DNA of 53,097 nucleotides from an uncultured bacterium (lineage in GTDB: Bacteria > Hydrothermota > Tepidihabitantia > Tepidihabitantales > CAIPLT01), in the NCBI GenBank assembly GCA_964473505.1, contig CAYYPG010000002.1:1-53097 (forward strand), in the 5' to 3' direction. The number at the start of each line of letters is the position of its first letter. The stretch's first letter is position 1. The translations under genes were made by a program, and so were the position numbers. A model generated the notes under the pieces. It had not been told where the DNA came from. It worked only from the letters and a program-made list of their open reading frames with translations, and did no database searches. Shown piece by piece: positions 48,351 to 53,097 of the stretch.

Positions 48351-48378
48351 AGTGTTTATAATACTAATTATGTTAAAT
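48351..48378 (+). other. dif-like 28-mer (candidate Xer recombination site)
   Basis: AGTGTTTATAA-TACTAA-TTATGTTAAAT compared with E. coli dif GGTGCGCATAA-TGTATA-TTATGTTAAAT: the XerD arm matches 11/11, the XerC arm 7/11 including the inner ATAA, and the 11-6-11 geometry is correct. Confidence 0.4.
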
Positions 48379-48380
48379 TC

Positions 48381-48448
48381 TGGGAAGGGAGTACACATTC
48401 TTCTTCAACATATCAATACTGAATCTACACAAAATATTATACACTGCC
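48381..48448 (+). repeat. B-family copy
   Basis: TGGGAAGGGAGTACACATTCTTCTTCAACATATCAATACTGAATCTACACAAAATATTATACACTGCC. A partial inverted core (TTTTGTGTAAATT) is at 48323-48335. Confidence 0.6.
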
Positions 48449-48650
48449 GTTTAATTCCTTTGTCCGATAACAAAGATTATATTTAGATTGATTTTATCGA
48501 TGAGTGGGTCAAGAAGGATTTATATATTACAGTCTGAAGAATCCTGATGATATTATGCGGAAATTTATCGGAAATCTAATAGCACAGCGATGAAACATCA
48601 TAAAAGGCTTAATGAATAAAAATGAATAAAATACGATTTTTCTGTGAGTT

Positions 48651-49109
48651 TTAAGGACTTACGGTTTTTTTTACCAATGATTTGATATATTCAATTACTT
48701 TACTTTTCGCATTCAAAATCTCGGTGCTTAAATCGGAACTCATCGTAAATGATTTGGGCTGAATGCCAATTAAAGAAATGCGACAATTGTGTTGTCTTTT
48801 TATCAATTCAATTGTTAAAGTTAATGGTAGGGTATGGGTCGACATTAACCCATAGGAAATCTCTTGGATTTCGTTTTCTTCAAAAAATTTAAATTCACCA
48901 GGTTTACCTTCAAAATTACATGCATCAACAAAAATTATCCAATCAGGTTTTTCCGCAACCACTTTATCAATATAATTTTCAGGTGAAATGCCGGCATCAT
49001 AAATTATGACATCATTTAAATTATAAGATGTAAGTTCTTGAGCAATCAGACTGCCAATAGCATCATCAGAACACATTCGGTTGCCAATACCCACTATGAC
49101 TAATTTCAT
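48651..49109 (-). CDS. hydrogenase maturation endopeptidase (HycI/HybD/FrhD family)
   Basis: 152-aa ORF with MKLVIVGIGNRMCSDDAIG and a ..DA....G... ..STH pattern. No hydrogenase structural gene is present in the window. Confidence 0.7.
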   Translation of the reverse strand: MKLVIVGIGNRMCSDDAIGSLIAQELTSYNLNDVIIYDAGISPENYIDKVVAEKPDWIIFVDACNFEGKPGEFKFFEENEIQEISYGLMSTHTLPLTLTIELIKRQHNCRISLIGIQPKSFTMSSDLSTEILNAKSKVIEYIKSLVKKTVSP

Positions 49110-49355
49110 CTTGAGATTAAAGGATTGTAAATGACTGCATAAATTAAGATTTAAGTTCTTGTATGGATAATCAAACTGCCAATAGTATCATCAGAACGCG
49201 TCCGGTTGCCAATACTGACTATGATTAATTTCATTTTAAGATTAGTGGATTGTCTTGGACAGCATAAAACAGAAGTTAAGTTCTTGTGTTATTAGATTTC
49301 AAATGGCTTCATCAGAGGGCATTAGATTATTAATCCAGTTCAGGGCTTTTTTCAT
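49031..49355 (-). repeat. three progressively degenerate tandem copies (about 120-125 nt) of the protease gene's 5' end plus leader
   Basis: Units are 49031-49150 (the real start), 49151-49275 and 49276-49355. ATG equivalents are at 49109, 49234 and 49355. Copy 2 encodes MKLIIVSIGNRTRSDDTIGSLIIHTRT* and copy 3 encodes MKKALNWINNLMPSDEAI*. Confidence 0.8.
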
Positions 49356-49430
49356 ACTCGTTATTAGCAAAATTATTCGGCAAAGAGAAAACGATTAAAG
49401 GTATGAATTATATGAAGATATTTAAGATAT

Positions 49431-49823
49431 TTAAATCTGTGCATTGTTACTGAAAGCAATAGCCTCAATTTCAATACTAGCACCTTTAGGAAGTGAGCTG
49501 ATTTGAACTGTTGCTCGGGCAGGATAATCTTTAGCAAAGTATTGTTTGTAAAGGTCATTGACTTCGCCAAATTTGCTTAAATCCGTCATATAGATTGTGA
49601 TCTTAAGGATATCGTCAAAAGAGCAATTAATACTTTCTAAAATTGCTCTCATATTGGCAAAAATTTGTTTGGTTTCAGCAACTACTCCACCTTCAACTAA
49701 ATTACCTGTTTCCGGACTAATACCGATTTGGCCGGAAAGATAGACCCAATTACCAACTTGAATTGCTTGACTATATGGACCAATTGGTTTTGGTGCCTTG
49801 TCAGTATAGATAATTCTTTTCAT
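49431..49823 (-). CDS. ridA: RidA/YjgF family reactive-intermediate deaminase
   Basis: 130-aa ORF with APKPIGPYSQAI, GQIG..PETG and PARATVQ...LP.GA.IEIEAIA. Confidence 0.85.
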   Translation of the reverse strand: MKRIIYTDKAPKPIGPYSQAIQVGNWVYLSGQIGISPETGNLVEGGVVAETKQIFANMRAILESINCSFDDILKITIYMTDLSKFGEVNDLYKQYFAKDYPARATVQISSLPKGASIEIEAIAFSNNAQI

Positions 49824-49898
49824 AATTGTTCTTTCTTTTCCAGAGTCGTGGAGAACGCATAGTTTTTTTCATATTGGCCCATAGACTCTGTGGTAATT

Positions 49899-50792
49899 TT
49901 ATGATGTAAGATTACCTAATGCCAAAGAATACATCTTAGTCTCTTTGGTATCAGATCGAGATAGCATTACTACTGGTCGTTTAGCGCCAACAATTATTCC
50001 GCAAATTTTAGCATTACCCAGATATTGCAAGCCTTTTCCTAAGATATTGCCCGTAGCAATACTGGGGACAATAATTATATCGACATCACCGGAGATTTTT
50101 GTATTCACCTTTTTAACTTTTGCCGCATAAGGTGAAAAAGCAACATCTAAAGCCAGGGGACCTTCGATTAAGACATCGCCGAATTCTCCTTGTTCCGCCA
50201 TTCGCGTAATTACAGCCCAATCTAAAGTTTCTTGAAGATTTAGATTGACTCGTTCAATTGCGGACAGCAAGGCTACTTTGGGTTGCAAAATACCTAAAAA
50301 TTTAGCCAGCTGGATACTATTCCGGACAATATCAATTTTTCTTTTCAAATCAAGATCGACATTAATTCCTCCATCCGAAATAAAGAGAATTTTATGGTAA
50401 CTGGGTAGTTCTAACAGAGCAACATGACTTAAGAGACGCTCACCACGTAAGCCCAATCTCTCATCCAAGACGCCTTTAAGAAAATTAGAAGTTGTAATCT
50501 GTCCTTTCATTAGAAAATCGCCATTTTGAGCGACTGCTTTAACTGCCTGGACAACGGCATCTTTTTCATCAGGGCAGTCGTAAATTTCAAATTCATTTTC
50601 CGGAATATTTAACTCTTTTAATATCTTGAGAATATTTTTTTGGTTACCGAAAAGCGCTCCTGTTGCAATTCCTTGTTTTTTGCCTTCATAAAGTGCTTCA
50701 ATCGTTGGCAAATCATCAGCACAAGCAACAACGCATCTTTTGAAACCACGTCTCCTTGCCAATTCAAGCATTTCCGCAAAATTCTTAATCAT
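49899..50792 (-). CDS. ptb: phosphate butyryl/acetyltransferase family protein
   Basis: 297-aa ORF that aligns over its full length with the PTA_PTB family of short phosphotransacylases (..MKGQITTS.., ISDGGIN). Confidence 0.7.
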   Translation of the reverse strand: MIKNFAEMLELARRRGFKRCVVACADDLPTIEALYEGKKQGIATGALFGNQKNILKILKELNIPENEFEIYDCPDEKDAVVQAVKAVAQNGDFLMKGQITTSNFLKGVLDERLGLRGERLLSHVALLELPSYHKILFISDGGINVDLDLKRKIDIVRNSIQLAKFLGILQPKVALLSAIERVNLNLQETLDWAVITRMAEQGEFGDVLIEGPLALDVAFSPYAAKVKKVNTKISGDVDIIIVPSIATGNILGKGLQYLGNAKICGIIVGAKRPVVMLSRSDTKETKMYSLALGNLTS

Positions 50793-50944
50793 ATTTCACT
50801 AACCTAACTTAATGAAGTCAAGTAGCCAATTTTAATTAGCATACAAAAATTTCTTTTGCTGTCAAGTAATTTACGGAGAAACCCTGCAAAATGTCCAGAT
50901 TATACCGAGATACGAAAGAAAGACCAAGATACTCATATGTGCGA

Positions 50945-50986
50945 GTTGTGTCACTTGAGATAAGATTGACTCTGTCTGAGTTCTCT
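50945..50986 (-). repeat. partial A-family piece
   Basis: GTTGTGTCACTTGAGATAAGATTGACTCTGTCTGAGTTCTCT matches the distal 40 nt of A6 and the A consensus. Confidence 0.4.
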
Positions 50987-50993
50987 ACAGGAA

Positions 50994-51100
50994 GAAATCT
51001 GAAAAATGTTCAAAAGCCACCAAGACCCATAAGAAAAAAACAACAATTATGTTTCTGCATTTCATACCTTTTGAACCAATATTGACTTTATCAGGGTTAT
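50994..51100 (-). repeat. A-family copy A3 (points toward ptb)
   Basis: About 80% identical to A2 by eye. Its -10 equivalent is CATAAT (51046-51051, minus strand). Confidence 0.7.
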
Positions 51101-51340
51101 TTACGAAAAATTCTCAGGATGGTAAGTAAGCCAATCCGCCACTGATTAATTTTATTCTGTTTTCAGTTCTCCATTCAACACTGGCAGACTTAAATAAGTA
51201 AACAGATATTTATATGATTGATTTTGGGAATTTTTAACTTTTTAGCACTTTGCTGATAATTTTTTATTTATCTGGTAATGATCACATCGCTCATAATAAG
51301 TAAAATGATTTTTTCAAGAACGCGCCCGATTTTGACACAA

Positions 51341-51410
51341 AAGGTAGTGTATAATATTGGAGGTAAATTTAGTATTGATATGTTAAAGAAAAAGTGTCTC
51401 TTTTTGCTCA
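51341..51410 (-). repeat. B-family copy
   Basis: The reverse complement reads GAGCAAAAAGAGACACTTTTTCTTTAACATATCAATACTAAATTTACCTCCAATATTATACACTACC. Confidence 0.55.
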
Positions 51411-51463
51411 TAAATCGATTCTAATATCTCTGCCCGAACTTGATTGTCAAGGTAACTCAATAA

Positions 51464-51570
51464 AAACTCTGAAAAATGCACAAAAGACACCGCGACCATA
51501 AGAAAAAACCAATAAATATGCTTCTGCATTTCATGCTGTTTGAACCAATATTGACTTTGTCAGAGTTCTT
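51464..51570 (-). repeat. A-family copy A4
   Basis: About 85% identical to A2 by eye (CTCTGAAAAATGCACAAAAGACACCG...GAACCAATATTGACTTTGTCAGAGTTCTT). Confidence 0.7.
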
Positions 51571-51587
51571 TCAAAAATTTCTTCTTA

Positions 51588-51905
51588 AAGATAAATGATT
51601 TCCTAAATTGCGGATACGATAATTTTGACTATTATTTTTTGAATGATTTTCTCAACTCCACTCATATTTATTCTACTAATTGCTCATAAATTAACACTTA
51701 TCCCTCTGTTAAAACCGACCCTCAAGACAACTACATTTTTTCATTGAAAAGATTAAATGATTTCCTAAATTATTGATACTATAACCCTGACTATTATTTT
51801 CTGGTTTGTTTACTCAATTCCACTCATATTTATTCTGTCAATTGTCCAGAAATTAATACTTATATTTCTGCCAAAACCAAACCTCAAACCAACTCCCAAA
51901 TTTTT
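51588..51905. repeat. tandem repeat, 2 x about 160 nt
   Basis: The units start at 51588 and 51748 (AAAGATWAAATGATTTCCTAAATT...CACTCATATTTATTCT...). Confidence 0.75.
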
Positions 51906-51940
51906 CCTGACTCTACTTTCCAGGACTACTTTCTTGCCTA

Positions 51941-52195
51941 TTTTTTAAGCAACCCAGAGGGCCATGGATGGGACTGTACCCTCTTTTCAGAACAAAATGC
52001 AATATCTTTATGAAAAACAATAAACTACCCGAAAATCCGGCCTGTTTAAAACATTAGTTATAACTAATGTTTTTGCGTTTGTTTTTAAGTGAAAAATGGC
52101 AAAAAGTTTTAGAAAGATTTAACACAGCAAAGTCTATTGCAAAAAGAAATTAGCGTAAAAAGGAGAATTAAATCAAGTTTGACTCAAAGTCTTAC
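51941..52195 (-). repeat. C-family element, copy 2 (inverted relative to copy 1)
   Basis: Carries the same 26-bp perfect palindrome at 52048-52073. CCAGAGGGCCATGGATGGGACTGTACCCTCT corresponds to 10363-10392 on the opposite strand. Confidence 0.65.
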
Positions 52196-52609
52196 TGAAA
52201 AAAAATATGTATTCAGGAAATAATCGGTTTAGGACCGTATGAAAGTATCCCTGGTTAATGAGAGCTTTATATGATTTCAACTACAAGAGTAAAAATCAGT
52301 GTTCATATCAACAATATCAGTTGAAATGTTAAAAAAAGCCAAATAACAAAATATCATCAAAGGTATTGACTTGCCAGGAATATTACAATCTACGGTTTAT
52401 TTGTTTAGTTTCCCGATATGGCACAGAATGATATTTTCTGACATTCCAATCTCACCTAAATCTCTTTCGGTTAAGGTTGAAGACTTAAGTAGATGATAAT
52501 TTACAGTTTTTCTTGTGAAAGATAGCTGGAATGAAAGTGTATGAACTAAATCTAATTAAGAAAAAATAAAAATCATTAATACATTAAAACTTTCCGACAT
52601 GTCATTATA

Positions 52610-52950
52610 ATAAATGCGTCTGGTATTTTTTTTCTAATCCATAATATTTTTAGTGCCTTAATAGGGGAGTAAAATTTAGGTAAGAAAATAGACCCGGAAT
52701 ACTATGGAAAGGATATTAAAATCTGAATACTATGCAGCATCATAATTATTAATAATATTTTTATCACCTTATCGGGAAATAAAATCCAGTAAGAAAATAG
52801 AGCCTAAATATTATTGATTGGGATACTAAAATCTGAATGCTATGCGTCATCATTAGTCAATATATTAAGCTTATTATATTATCCATAATATGCCTTAGTG
52901 CCTTATTGGGTTCCTAAAATCTGAATACTATGTGCCATCATTAGTCAAAT
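52610..52950. repeat. tandem repeat, about 3 units of 90-110 nt
   Basis: TAAAATCTGAATRCTATGYRNCATCAT recurs at 52717, 52827 and 52915, and the flanks also align. Confidence 0.7.
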
Positions 52951-52967
52951 ATTAAGAAAGAAAACGC

Positions 52968-53042
52968 CGAAAAATACTCAAGGGACGTCGAGTCCCCAAA
53001 AAACCAACAATTGTGCTTTCTGCATTTCATACCTTTTGAAAC
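52968..53042 (-). repeat. A-family copy A5 (diverged/partial)
   Basis: ..AAAAAACCAACAATTGTGCTTTCTGCATTTCATACCTTTTGAAAC matches the central part of A. Confidence 0.45.
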
Positions 53043-53097
53043 GGTGCTGTGCCAAGACATTGTATCTCTTTCCAAGGACCTAATTCTACGGCTACTT

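Overview
This is a 53.1-kb AT-rich bacterial chromosomal window with anaerobe-type gene content; I cannot identify the lineage by eye. I can support about 44 protein genes, one tRNA and one gene relic. I see no rRNA, CRISPR array, transposase, integrase, reverse transcriptase or recognisable defence gene. After two minus-strand genes (grx-like, nrdG), every gene from 1.9 to 21.2 kb is on the + strand: queA, murF, two tandem biotin-dependent carboxyltransferase modules, tRNA-Leu-tig-clpP-clpX, tolB, a THEP1-like NTPase, ktrBA, a TPR protein and a Memo-AMMECR1 fusion. Every gene from 22.6 to 50.8 kb is on the - strand: fhs, copA, the dfx-bfr-prx oxidative-stress cluster, nitroreductase, a PKD/beta-propeller lipoprotein, pmbA/tldD, hisC, UPF0104+GT2, purH, apgM, pheS-rplT-rpmI-infC-thrS, a hydrogenase maturation protease, ridA and ptb. 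The two blocks converge on a 1.35-kb gene-free spacer. The unusual part is the non-coding DNA. About 11 kb lies in twelve gaps longer than 400 bp, built from interspersed repeat families (named A, B, C, D and L here) and tandem arrays. Several gaps carry short ectopic copies of host coding sequence: an internal clpX segment, the clpP tail, the 5' ends of apgM, pheS and the protease gene, and a korB relic. The best candidate for something undescribed is an intergenic cassette found at two loci. Its arms are near-identical (L arm 128/128 nt, A arm 108/111 nt) but its cores are unrelated, and one core is a 96-nt in-frame copy of the clpX RKH-loop region. All functional readings of the repeats are inference from sequence alone.
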